DNA from: an uncultured Bacteriovoracaceae bacterium
Lineage (GTDB): Bacteria > Bdellovibrionota > Bacteriovoracia > Bacteriovoracales > Bacteriovoracaceae
Direction of reading: 5' to 3'
NCBI GenBank assembly: GCA_964012805.1
Contig: CAXGUD010000007.1
Coordinates: 68,987 to 132,986 of the forward strand
Length of the DNA: 64,000 nucleotides
Part shown: one piece after another, positions 49,183 to 58,731 of the stretch
Layout: every line of letters starts with the position of its first letter
Position numbering within the stretch: position 1 is the first letter of the stretch
Made by a program: the position numbers and the translations under genes
Notes under the pieces: model-generated
Database searches by the model: none
What the model saw: the letters and a program-made list of their open reading frames with translations, nothing else
What the model was told of the DNA's origin: nothing

Positions 49183-50353
49183 AAGATTATACTTTGACTA
49201 TAATGCTACCTCCCCTCTCTCTCCTGCTGTAAAAAGATGGTTGAGTGAGGCGGAGTTCCTTTGCGCCAATCCTTCGGCAATACATTTGTCAGGGAAAAAG
49301 GCGGCAGCAGTTTTAAGAGAGGACTCAGAGAAAATCCTTAAGGTTTTTGGTTTATCAGAAAGCCACAAGGTTTTTTTTCACTCTGGCGCCAGTGAAGGTA
49401 TCAATACAATTGTAAAGGGAATGTCCCACTCTTTAGATTTAAAGGGTGAGAAACTTAATTTCTTTTACAGCTCTATCGATCATGCAGCAGTTTTAGAGCT
49501 TAAACCATTTCTTGATTTTTATGGCCATAATGCCCACCAATGCAGTGTAGATAAAGATGGCCATTTGGACCTAAACTTTTTGGAAAGCAAGGTAAAGTCT
49601 TGTCTTCCCGGCACTGTTTTAATTAATTTAACCTATGTCCATAATGAAATTGGTACCGTGTTTCCTCTTGAAAAACTTATAAAGTTAAAAAGTGAAACAG
49701 GGGCTTTTATACATGTTGATTGTGTTCAGTCTCCAGGAAAAGTCCATGACTGGGATTGTTTGCCTTCTGGAATTGAGTTTTATACCTTTTCCTCTCACAA
49801 ATTTGGAGCATTAAAGGGGATTGGTTTTACATTTGTAAATAAGACTTCACCAACTTTTCAACCTCTTATAAATGGGGGCGGGCAACAGTTAGGCTTCAGG
49901 TCAGGAACAATTAATACCATGGGTATTAGATCAACGCTGCTTGCTTTAGGTGATTTGAAGGAAAGGTATGATTATTCTGAAGCAAAAGCTGGAATAAATT
50001 TTTTAAGAGAAAGAATAAGGGAAAAGTTAGAGGGGTGTGGGCAAATTATTGCTGATAACTCTCGCTATAAAAATACGAATACTATCTTTTTTACAGTTGA
50101 GGGAAAAGATTCCAATTCACTTCTTATGGCCTTTGATCTTGCAGGTATGGATGTAGGAGTCGGGTCAGCTTGTTCTTCTGGTATTTCAAAGCCTAATAAT
50201 GTTCTTTTAAACCTTGGACATACGAAAGAAGAGGCATTGTCTGGTTTGAGGCTATCATTTGAGCATGAGCTAACAACATCTAAAGCAGCTTTGTACTGGG
50301 GTAAAATAGAAGCTGTGTTAGATAAAGTTCTTCTTTCATCGAAGAGTATCTAA
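49163..50353 (+). CDS. Cysteine desulfurase (IscS/NifS-like)
   Basis: YFDYNAT, HNEIG, HVDCVQ, SSHKFG, GGGQ, RSGT, GSACSS. Probable TTG start at 49163 after AGGAAG (ORF track gives 49145). Confidence 0.9.
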   Translation: MEKLTNRRLYFDYNATSPLSPAVKRWLSEAEFLCANPSAIHLSGKKAAAVLREDSEKILKVFGLSESHKVFFHSGASEGINTIVKGMSHSLDLKGEKLNFFYSSIDHAAVLELKPFLDFYGHNAHQCSVDKDGHLDLNFLESKVKSCLPGTVLINLTYVHNEIGTVFPLEKLIKLKSETGAFIHVDCVQSPGKVHDWDCLPSGIEFYTFSSHKFGALKGIGFTFVNKTSPTFQPLINGGGQQLGFRSGTINTMGIRSTLLALGDLKERYDYSEAKAGINFLRERIREKLEGCGQIIADNSRYKNTNTIFFTVEGKDSNSLLMAFDLAGMDVGVGSACSSGISKPNNVLLNLGHTKEEALSGLRLSFEHELTTSKAALYWGKIEAVLDKVLLSSKSI

Positions 50354-50424
50354 TAAATAAATTTCTGAGTTTCTTTAAGGGGGTCTCATTTCTAGTGAGA
50401 AATTATTAAAAAAAAACAAGGTTT

Positions 50425-51072
50425 TTATTCCATAACCACGTCGCTAGCAATTGTTACACCTTTTAATAAAGGCTCTTTTTCCTTTTTTATGAATGGAAAG
50501 GAAATCTTTTCGAAACCTTCGAACTCTTCTTCATAGGCTACCAGAAGGACCTTTGGAACGAACTCTGTTAAAGAAGAGATATAAAAGTCTTTTGGAATAT
50601 CATTTACCACTTGTTCTACGGCAGGTTGAGCTACTTCACTCTCTTGTTGTTCCGAGTCTAGCTTCTCTTCAAGAGGTTTTTTCGCTGTATTTTTTATAAT
50701 TAAAGCGCCTTTGATTTTTTCTTTGTTAAGGTCTTTTGTTCTGTTCCAAGAGCCAATTTGGAAGAAGTCCAAATAAAAAGTAGATCCTTTATATATTAGC
50801 TTTTTAGGTATTAATAAAGACTCAATAAATTTGCGGCTTGCATGGTCTTTAGCCTTTTTTGCTAGTTTTTCAGCTAAGATAGGTCCATCAACTCTAATAA
50901 TATAAGTTCCTGGATTTTTTGTTGAGTTAAACAAAAAATAGTTAAATGCGATGCTAAAAAGAGTGTAGAGTTTGTGTTGATAGAGGTGCAAATGTGTTTT
51001 TGATTTTCTTTCAATATCTATGATTTGTTTTACAGATTCATAGAGATGGTCTTTTGATAAGTCATCTTTCAT
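50425..51072 (-). CDS. Hypothetical protein
   Basis: 215-aa ORF filling the gap; no recognised motif. Confidence 0.6.
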   Translation of the reverse strand: MKDDLSKDHLYESVKQIIDIERKSKTHLHLYQHKLYTLFSIAFNYFLFNSTKNPGTYIIRVDGPILAEKLAKKAKDHASRKFIESLLIPKKLIYKGSTFYLDFFQIGSWNRTKDLNKEKIKGALIIKNTAKKPLEEKLDSEQQESEVAQPAVEQVVNDIPKDFYISSLTEFVPKVLLVAYEEEFEGFEKISFPFIKKEKEPLLKGVTIASDVVME

Positions 51073-51255
51073 GGGATTTCGTGCTTCTTTTCTAATAGTT
51101 GATTTTGGAGCCGTTATTCATAAGGTAAAAAATTTTATCTGTAAAATAAATTTTTAAGAGTATCTTTTTTTCTAAACATTAGGTATACGGTTACGGGATT
51201 ACCCCTATTTGAAAGCTAAAAAACAAGAAAAGATGATTTTGGTGGATCTTACTTA

Positions 51256-51284
51256 TTGACTCCTTGTTATAGTTTTTGTACAGT
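51256..51284 (+). promoter_or_regulatory. Sigma70 promoter of fusA
   Basis: TTGACT-N17-TACAGT, ~150 nt upstream of the start. Confidence 0.6.
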
Positions 51285-51433
51285 GCGGTAATTTTGAAAG
51301 CCTTCCTGATTAAAAAACGATGTCGAAATAGAGAATCGTGAGTGGCTAATCTGATTAGGGGCTGAAGTTAAAAAAGGCAAAATTTACAAGAGATGACTTA
51401 GAACTTTGATACTAGAAACTGTGGAGTTTTTTA

Positions 51434-53596
51434 ATGAAATTAATGGCTAAAACGAGGAACATTGGTATTTCTGCTCACATTGATTCGGGCAAGACAACCC
51501 TCACAGAAAGAATCCTTTACTATTGTGACATGATTCACAAAATTGAGGACGTTCGAGGTGGTGGTGCCGGAGCTAAGATGGACCATATGGAACTTGAAAA
51601 AGAAAAAGGGATTACAATTACTTCTGCTGCTACGACAGTTCATTGGAAAGGGTCTCAGGATAAGGGAATTGAAGGTGCCGAAGGTGGCGGAAAAGATATT
51701 CGTGTAAATATTATTGACACTCCAGGTCACGTTGACTTTACTGTTGAAGTTGAAAGATCCTTGAGGGTTCTTGATGGAGCGGTACTTGTTTTATGTTCTG
51801 TGGCTGGTGTTCAATCACAGTCAATTACAGTTGATAGACAAATGAGGCGTTATCATGTTCCTAGAGTCTGCTTTTTAAATAAAATGGACAGAATGGGTGC
51901 CAACCCTTGGAATGGAGTGAAGGCTCTTAAAGAAAAGTTAAAGCATAACGCTGTTCTTATGCAAATTCCTATTGGTGCTGAAGAAAACTTTGAGGGCGTT
52001 GTTGACCTAATTACGCTTAAAGCTTGGTACTTCGATGGCTCTAATGGTGAAAAAGTAAGAATCGAGGAATGCCCAGCGGAACTTCTTGAGAAAGCTCAAG
52101 AAGAAAGAGAAGCTATGCTTGAGGCCCTTGCAGACTTTGATGATGACTTAATGGAAAAAGCTATGGAAGGTGAGTTTGATAAAATAACTGACGATCAAAT
52201 TCATAACGCTATTACAGTTGGTGTTAGGTCACTTAAATTAACTCCTGTTTACATGGGGTCTGCTTTTAAGAACAAAGGTGTTCAACCTCTTTTAGATGCG
52301 GTATCAAGATACCTTCCTTCTCCACTTACATGTGACAAACCAAAGGCAATTGATAGCAATAATAATAAAACTTTAGATCTTATTCCTGATAGCGACAAAG
52401 ATCTAGTTGCTATGGCTTTTAAAATTACTGATGAGCAATTTGGCCAGCTAACGTATACTAGGATCTATCAAGGTACTCTTAAAAAGGGTGATCAAATATT
52501 TAATACTAGAACTAAGAAAAAGGTTAGAGTAGGTCGTTTAGTTCGAATGAACTCCAATGATCGTGAAAATATCGACTCTGCCGGCTCTGGTGATATTGTC
52601 GCCATTATTGGTATGGATTGTGCGTCTGGTGATACATTTGTTGGAAATTCAGATTTAACTCATATTTCTTGTGAAGGAATGCACGTTCCTATTCCTGTTA
52701 TTGAATTGTCGATCTCTGTTAAAGACAAAGACGCTCAAGCGAGAATGAGTAAAGGCCTTCAAAGGTTTTTGAAAGAAGATCCAACTTTCCATGTTTATAC
52801 AGATGAAGAGTCTGGTGAAACAAGGATTGCTGGGATGGGTGAGCTTCACCTTGAAATTTATATCGAAAGATTAAATAGAGAATACAACTGTGAAGTTATA
52901 GTTGGTCCGCCCCAGGTTAATTACAGAGAGACTATTAACACCGAAGCCTCCTACGATTACCTTCATAAAAAGCAAACAGGTGGCTCTGGTCAGTTTGGTC
53001 AGGTTATTGGAAGAATTAAGCCATTGTTGGATGAAGAAAAAGACACCGAAGATCAAGTTTTTAAATTTCATAATCAGATTAAAGGTGGGTCTATTCCATC
53101 AGAATTTATTGGAGCCTGTGAAAAAGGCTTTAATGATGTAATGGAAAAAGGTCCATTAGCAGCTTTCCCTCTTATTAACGTTGAAGTTTTCCTCGAAGAT
53201 GGGAAGTACCATGATGTTGACTCCTCAGACATGGCTTTTAGAATCGCTTCTAGACAAGCTATGAGGCAAGCTATTGGGAAAGCAGCTCCAGTTCTTCTAG
53301 AGCCTCTTATGAAGGTTGAAGCAACTACACCTGATGAGTATCAAGGTGGTGTTATTGGAGACCTTTCCTCTAGAAGAGGTATTATAATGGGGTCGGAGAC
53401 TGATCCAAATGGAGAAGTCATTATTAACGCAGAAGTTCCTTTGTCAGAGATGTTTGGCTATTCCACAGATTTAAGATCTTTAACTTCAGGAAAAGCTAGT
53501 TACACAATGGAGTTTTCCCGTTATGCAGAGTGTCCTCCTTCTATATCTGAAAAGGTTAAGAAAGAGAGAGCAGAAAAACTTGCTAAAGAAGATTAA
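51434..53596 (+). CDS. fusA: Elongation factor G (solitary, outside the str operon)
   Basis: [71 protein letters not shown]. Confidence 0.97.
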   Translation: MKLMAKTRNIGISAHIDSGKTTLTERILYYCDMIHKIEDVRGGGAGAKMDHMELEKEKGITITSAATTVHWKGSQDKGIEGAEGGGKDIRVNIIDTPGHVDFTVEVERSLRVLDGAVLVLCSVAGVQSQSITVDRQMRRYHVPRVCFLNKMDRMGANPWNGVKALKEKLKHNAVLMQIPIGAEENFEGVVDLITLKAWYFDGSNGEKVRIEECPAELLEKAQEEREAMLEALADFDDDLMEKAMEGEFDKITDDQIHNAITVGVRSLKLTPVYMGSAFKNKGVQPLLDAVSRYLPSPLTCDKPKAIDSNNNKTLDLIPDSDKDLVAMAFKITDEQFGQLTYTRIYQGTLKKGDQIFNTRTKKKVRVGRLVRMNSNDRENIDSAGSGDIVAIIGMDCASGDTFVGNSDLTHISCEGMHVPIPVIELSISVKDKDAQARMSKGLQRFLKEDPTFHVYTDEESGETRIAGMGELHLEIYIERLNREYNCEVIVGPPQVNYRETINTEASYDYLHKKQTGGSGQFGQVIGRIKPLLDEEKDTEDQVFKFHNQIKGGSIPSEFIGACEKGFNDVMEKGPLAAFPLINVEVFLEDGKYHDVDSSDMAFRIASRQAMRQAIGKAAPVLLEPLMKVEATTPDEYQGGVIGDLSSRRGIIMGSETDPNGEVIINAEVPLSEMFGYSTDLRSLTSGKASYTMEFSRYAECPPSISEKVKKERAEKLAKED

Positions 53597-53606
53597 TATC
53601 TAATAT

Positions 53607-53649
53607 TTCCTCCAGCTCTGGATTCACTGGAGCTAGGGGGAATTTTTTT
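53607..53649 (+). terminator. Intrinsic terminator after fusA
   Basis: TTCCTCCAGCTCTGG...CTGGAGCTAGGGGGAA stem followed by TTTTTTT. Confidence 0.65.
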
Positions 53650-53719
53650 CCCTTTTTAACCCTTGTATGAATCATGAGAACCTTTACGTTAAGTTATTAA
53701 ACTTAGGCTGAAAATAATA

Positions 53720-54169
53720 TTGGCTGGGGAAGAAGGGATGACAGGTACATTCGAAACAGGTCTTATTCATGGGGTTGATAGTGAAAGATCCAGGGAAGAG
53801 GAAGGTATAGGGGTACCAAAAAATCTACGATTTCCTACAACATCTGAAATACCAGACCTCTTTTTTGATCAAATCATTGGTGAGTTCAGGCTTAATAGAG
53901 TTGAGATACTTGTTCTAATGTATCTATACCGATTAGTTTGGTGCAAACCAAACTTATACAAAAGTTATGGTCTTTCTGTCGTGGCAAAGGAAGAAGATTT
54001 GGTGGATGCAGTTGGTCTTAAATCGGATGAGTTTTTTGGCGCAATTCATAGTTTGGAAGTTAATGGCTTTATATCAGTAATTAGGCCTGGACAGTTTTTT
54101 GTTAGGAAGTATTTCACCCAAGAGAATGACTTTATCTATGGTCAAACTTATGACGACTTCGAAGTTTAG
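53720..54169 (+). CDS. Hypothetical winged-helix protein
   Basis: EILVLMYLYR...LVDAVGL...AIHSLEVNGFI pattern typical of a wHTH. Confidence 0.6.
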   Translation: MAGEEGMTGTFETGLIHGVDSERSREEEGIGVPKNLRFPTTSEIPDLFFDQIIGEFRLNRVEILVLMYLYRLVWCKPNLYKSYGLSVVAKEEDLVDAVGLKSDEFFGAIHSLEVNGFISVIRPGQFFVRKYFTQENDFIYGQTYDDFEV

Positions 54170-54293
54170 TCTAAATTACTTACTCAATCATTTCAAACAC
54201 TTATAAATATAAATAACATTTTTTGTTTCGCATACAACCTTTCCAGTGCGTTGCCTTTTTTATAAAAGTGGCTATAATAAAGAGGGTTCTAAG

Positions 54294-55052
54294 ATGAATA
54301 TCGAAACATTTCGTCACAAAATTGGGCTTAAGCAAAACAGTCTTGCTGAACACCCTTTATACTCTGCTTTGAAAAGCAATGATTCCTTAAAAATTTTTAT
54401 GGAGTACCATGTTTTTGCTGTTTGGGACTTTATGAGTCTTTTAAAGGCGTTACAGAGAGAAATAACTTGTGTAGCGGTGCCTTGGAAGCCATCAAAATAT
54501 CCAGGTGAATTAGTTCAATTCATTAACGAAATAGTATTAGGAGAAGAATCAGACTCTCTTCCTGGAGGTGGGGCCCTCTGTCACTTTGACCTGTATTTAA
54601 AGGGTATGAATGAAGTTGGTGCAAGTACAGATTCGATTGAGTTGTTTTTAGAAAACTTTGATACCAAGCCTCTAAGTGAAAGTATAAGGGAGTTCGTCTC
54701 TTATACTTTAGATTTAGCTAAAAATGGTACTCTTCCTGAAATAGCGGCTTCTTTTCTTTTTGGAAGAGAAAGTTTAATTCCAAAAATGTACCAAGGTTTA
54801 CTAGATAAGATGAAGGTTGATAAGACGACTTGTCCATCATTTGTTTATTACGTTCAAAGACATATTGAAATCGATGGTGATGAGCATAGTCTTTTGGCAG
54901 AAAAATGCCTTAAAATATTGTGTGGTGATGATGAAGTTAAATGGGAGCAAGCTCTCAACGCTGGTTTATCCTCGCTAGAGAAAAGGCAAAAGTTGTGGAA
55001 CTCCGTTTACGCTCAAATTGAAGGTGTGAATCTTCAAGAATGTCCAAAGTAG
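54294..55052 (+). CDS. DUF3050-family (heme-oxygenase-like fold) protein
   Basis: HPLY, FMEYHVFAVWDFMSLLK, INEIVLGEESD, HFDLY, FGRE, RHIEIDGDEH. Likely start 54294. Confidence 0.8.
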   Translation: MNIETFRHKIGLKQNSLAEHPLYSALKSNDSLKIFMEYHVFAVWDFMSLLKALQREITCVAVPWKPSKYPGELVQFINEIVLGEESDSLPGGGALCHFDLYLKGMNEVGASTDSIELFLENFDTKPLSESIREFVSYTLDLAKNGTLPEIAASFLFGRESLIPKMYQGLLDKMKVDKTTCPSFVYYVQRHIEIDGDEHSLLAEKCLKILCGDDEVKWEQALNAGLSSLEKRQKLWNSVYAQIEGVNLQECPK

Positions 55053-55302
55053 TTGGCGGAATATTATTCAGTAAGTTTTTCAAACCTTTTTCAAAAAGGT
55101 GGACAATAAATCTAATATGTCTCTATGATTAAGGTAAGGCTTTATCAGGAAAGAAGGCTATAAATAAGGGTGTTTTTCGCTTTGCCTAAAAATCATAAGG
55201 CCTTTTACCGACTATGATTCCTTATTGTAATTTTTTCCGGACCTTAAGTAAGCCGAAAATATGTTTTAGAATATAGTTCATTTTCTGAATGGGAGAGAGG
55301 TA

Positions 55303-55848
55303 ATGGCCATAGTTGACTATATTAAAAGTGGTGGAGAGATAATGTATGTTCTTCTGGGGATGAACATTCTTGGTTTTACCTTAATTATTTGGAAGGTTTT
55401 TGCCTTTTATGGTGAGAAGAAACTTATTATTTTTCACGCTCAGGAAATTTTGAAGTCCTTAAGAAAAGATCAATGTCCTGGAGTTCACGCAGACTCACTC
55501 ATTCTAGAAATGGCCAAAGATAGAGTATACTCTGTTGGGCATTACTTAGGACGAGGGCTGAATACCATTAAAATTATCGCGACGATTTCCCCTCTTTTGG
55601 GACTTTTAGGAACAGCTCTTGGCGTTTTATCTGCTTTTAGATCTATTGCATCCCATGGCCTTAATCAACCGAGCCTTTTTGCTGATGGTATTTCAATGGC
55701 ACTTATTACTACAGTCGGCGGGCTACTGGTGGCTATTCCTCACTTCATTTCTTATAATTATCTTACAAGTTGGCTAACCTCCTATGAGGTAAAGCTTGAA
55801 GATCAGGTTCTTTCTCAATATTTGAGTGAGCAAAAATCTGAGGTATGA
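55303..55848 (+). CDS. exbB: MotA/TolQ/ExbB proton channel protein
   Basis: SPLLGLLGT, GISMALITTVGGLLVAIP. Confidence 0.85.
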   Translation: MAIVDYIKSGGEIMYVLLGMNILGFTLIIWKVFAFYGEKKLIIFHAQEILKSLRKDQCPGVHADSLILEMAKDRVYSVGHYLGRGLNTIKIIATISPLLGLLGTALGVLSAFRSIASHGLNQPSLFADGISMALITTVGGLLVAIPHFISYNYLTSWLTSYEVKLEDQVLSQYLSEQKSEV

Positions 55849-56248
55849 TTCCATGAAAAGAATGAGAAAAAGAGAAGATTTAGTTCCAGAGTTGACTCCA
55901 CTTATAGATGTTATTTTTCTTCTTTTAATTTTCTTTATGGTAACAACTGTTTTTAAAAAAGAAGAATCAGCTTTATTACTTCAACTTCCTAAGGCCCAGG
56001 ATGCTAAATCAAAAGATCAAAAACCTTTGAAAGGAATTTTGATTGAGTTGACAAGAGAAGTATTTGCTCTTAACGGTAAAAAAAGCTCTTTTACAAATTT
56101 TGATCTTTTTTGCAAAAAACAAATGAATAAAAATGTGCCAATAGATCTTCGTGTTGATAAAAAAGTTGCTTATGAAAAGCTTGTTAAAGTTTTAAATATT
56201 CTTCAAAAATATAAACTTTCAAACCTCTCCTTAGTTACTGATAAATAG
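55826..56248 (+). CDS. exbD: ExbD/TolR biopolymer transport protein
   Basis: LTPLIDVIFLLLIFFMV, LRVDK. Real start is probably 55853 or later. Confidence 0.88.
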   Translation: MSKNLRYDSMKRMRKREDLVPELTPLIDVIFLLLIFFMVTTVFKKEESALLLQLPKAQDAKSKDQKPLKGILIELTREVFALNGKKSSFTNFDLFCKKQMNKNVPIDLRVDKKVAYEKLVKVLNILQKYKLSNLSLVTDK

Positions 56249-56305
56249 ATCTTGTGAATTTATCTATTTCAAAAAATAAATACTTAGACCCATGTCTTAT
56301 TTGAA

Positions 56306-57166
56306 ATGAAAAAAAATAAAAAGTCATTTAAATTAAATTTAATCCTAGGGTTCATATTAATTTTATGTCTTTTCGTTTTTAGGGATAACTTAAGGTTCAA
56401 TGTATTTATTAAGGGATTCATTTTTCCAGAAGAAAGGGTTACTAAGAGTTTTATTTTTCAACCTTCAATTAATAGTTTTGATGATATTAAACCACAAGAT
56501 GATCAGAGGCTTAATAAAGAGGGGGGGGCTTTAGAAAAAGCTCCAAAAATGTATAAAAAAAATATTTTAAATTTCAGAAAGGAAATTAATGACTGTGAGG
56601 AAGAGTTTAATGCAATTTTTGAATCTTTTCTAAATGGTGAAAGCTTAATTGAAGTAGATAATTCCCGTGCAATCTTAGTTCTCGAAGAGTTAGAAGGCTT
56701 TGATTTTCGAAATGAATTTTATAAAAAAGAGTATAAAAAAGGGGTAGAAGTTTCACCATGTTCAAATCAATCTAATATTGTTCTTTTAAATCAAGTTTTT
56801 TCAGAAAATTCACTTGATTCTTGGGATAACGAGACTCTTCAAAAAATGAGAAGAGTATTAACAAGAATCTTAGCTGATATGTCTATGCTTCCGGGATCAA
56901 TTGAAGATTTTGAAAATATATTTATTCAGTTGGAGTTGATTCATGAAAAGAATTTATTCGAAGGAATTTATGGAGAAGAAATGAAGCAATTAAGGAGGGA
57001 GTTTGAAGAAGTAAAAGGGGTTTTTGAGCTTAGGGATTTTGCTTTAGAAAGTAATGAATATAAAAAATTAAAAAAATATGAAAGTTCAAAAGAGTTATTA
57101 ATAAAGTTTAAGCAAAAAACGAGGCATTTCTTGAATTCAACACTTAAGGACTTTTACAATCCTTAA
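56306..57166 (+). CDS. Hypothetical membrane-anchored protein
   Basis: N-terminal TM/signal segment followed by an acidic helical domain; very AT-rich. Confidence 0.6.
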   Translation: MKKNKKSFKLNLILGFILILCLFVFRDNLRFNVFIKGFIFPEERVTKSFIFQPSINSFDDIKPQDDQRLNKEGGALEKAPKMYKKNILNFRKEINDCEEEFNAIFESFLNGESLIEVDNSRAILVLEELEGFDFRNEFYKKEYKKGVEVSPCSNQSNIVLLNQVFSENSLDSWDNETLQKMRRVLTRILADMSMLPGSIEDFENIFIQLELIHEKNLFEGIYGEEMKQLRREFEEVKGVFELRDFALESNEYKKLKKYESSKELLIKFKQKTRHFLNSTLKDFYNP

Positions 57167-58731
57167 GCATAGTCATAGTTTTTTGTCTTTAAAGTGGCAA
57201 AAATGAGGAAAATAGTTTGAAATGCAAAGAACGAACCTATAAAAATGGCCCCACCTTCACTGAATCCATAACTGTGAAGACCTGAAGCTAATATATAATT
57301 CACCCCAAACCATGCCATGATGACACTCATAAACGCACCTGAAACAAGAGGTATAAACCGCTTCGTAGGAATCCAGGAGGTGCTCCTTCCGTGAAGAATG
57401 GCCATATAAATGCATAAAACAATGAGACTCCATGTTTCTTTTGGGTCCCATCCCCAAAAACGACCCCAAGAGTAGTCGGCCCAGACCCCTCCAAGTATAA
57501 CTCCAGCGGCGAGAAGGATAGTACCCCATTTGAGGCAAGTATAAACTTTTTCTGAAAGGTATTTTTCCTCTTCTTTAGTGATACCAAAAAAACACTTTTT
57601 AACTAGAATACTATTACCTAGAACCCAACTCATTGCAAGAGCACCATAACTCACAATGATTGTTGTGACATGGGTACTCAGCCAAAAGTTGTCTCTAAGG
57701 ACAGGAACTAAAGGACTAATTTGTTCGTTAAGCATTCCATCAGCAAAGTTAATCATAAGAAGAGTGAGAATATTATAACCTACTCCAATAAAAACAAAGA
57801 CCTTTTCTTTTTTTAAATGACCAATAAAAAGACCTAAAGCAAGGCATCCAAACCCGGAAAAAAAGACGGTTTCGTACATATTAGTAATTGGAGCTCTACC
57901 AGAAATATAGATTCTAAGTATCATCATCGCAAGTTGTAAGAGAAAGGTAGCGCTAGAAAAAATTAGAACAACGCCAACTTTTTTTCTGAAAAGAGTCATA
58001 GAGGCAAGGGTAACCAGAGAAAGAATAAGACACCAAAAAGGCAGGTCTGCTTTCACAAAATGGTATTCTACAAGATATTGATCGCCAAGCTTTTGAATAT
58101 AATCTGTTTTTGTTAGGAGAATTGTTTTTACAATTGGATTCTCAGATGGATAATTTTCAAACGTTGCTTTGACTCTTTTTTCTGTCAGGTAGCTTCCTAA
58201 GACTGGCCAAGTAACACCATCTTTTTTGTCTTTATCAAAGAGAGTCCAATCATTTGCAGTTCTTATACTGTTATAAAGATGGACTTTATTAAAGACTTTT
58301 TGAAACGCTTTTTTTTCAGAGGTGTCTTCTTTCATCTTCACTAGTTTAATTCTTAATTTTTCAGCTTTTTTGAGAAGACTTTTAAAGGAGATCGTTTTCT
58401 GATCATCCTTAAGCTCAAGAAATTCTCTGAGTTTAATATGTTGTATGGGGGTTTGAAGATTAAGATCATTCGGAACTTTTAGTCCTTCTAAGGAAAGAAG
58501 GCAATAAGTTTGCGTGGGAGTTAAAGGCCCTTTTATTTTAATTCCTAGAAGAGAAAATGTTTCTTTGGCGTGAACATAAAGGGGTTTGAGTCGTCCATTT
58601 TGAAGAATGGGTAAGGTGTCAAGCCCTTTAGGGCAAAGACCTGCTTGAATATTTTGAGAGCTCGCAAGGCAGTGTTGAGACAATAAGCAAAAGAGTGTAA
58701 TCGTAAGGGAGATAAGAGTTTTTAAATTCAT
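57163..58731 (-). CDS. ccsA: Cytochrome c biogenesis protein CcsA (system II)
   Basis: GRAPITNMYE, LVPVLRDNFWLSTHV, WADYSWGRFWGWDPKETW, GLHSY. Confidence 0.93.
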   Translation of the reverse strand: MNLKTLISLTITLFCLLSQHCLASSQNIQAGLCPKGLDTLPILQNGRLKPLYVHAKETFSLLGIKIKGPLTPTQTYCLLSLEGLKVPNDLNLQTPIQHIKLREFLELKDDQKTISFKSLLKKAEKLRIKLVKMKEDTSEKKAFQKVFNKVHLYNSIRTANDWTLFDKDKKDGVTWPVLGSYLTEKRVKATFENYPSENPIVKTILLTKTDYIQKLGDQYLVEYHFVKADLPFWCLILSLVTLASMTLFRKKVGVVLIFSSATFLLQLAMMILRIYISGRAPITNMYETVFFSGFGCLALGLFIGHLKKEKVFVFIGVGYNILTLLMINFADGMLNEQISPLVPVLRDNFWLSTHVTTIIVSYGALAMSWVLGNSILVKKCFFGITKEEEKYLSEKVYTCLKWGTILLAAGVILGGVWADYSWGRFWGWDPKETWSLIVLCIYMAILHGRSTSWIPTKRFIPLVSGAFMSVIMAWFGVNYILASGLHSYGFSEGGAIFIGSFFAFQTIFLIFATLKTKNYDYA

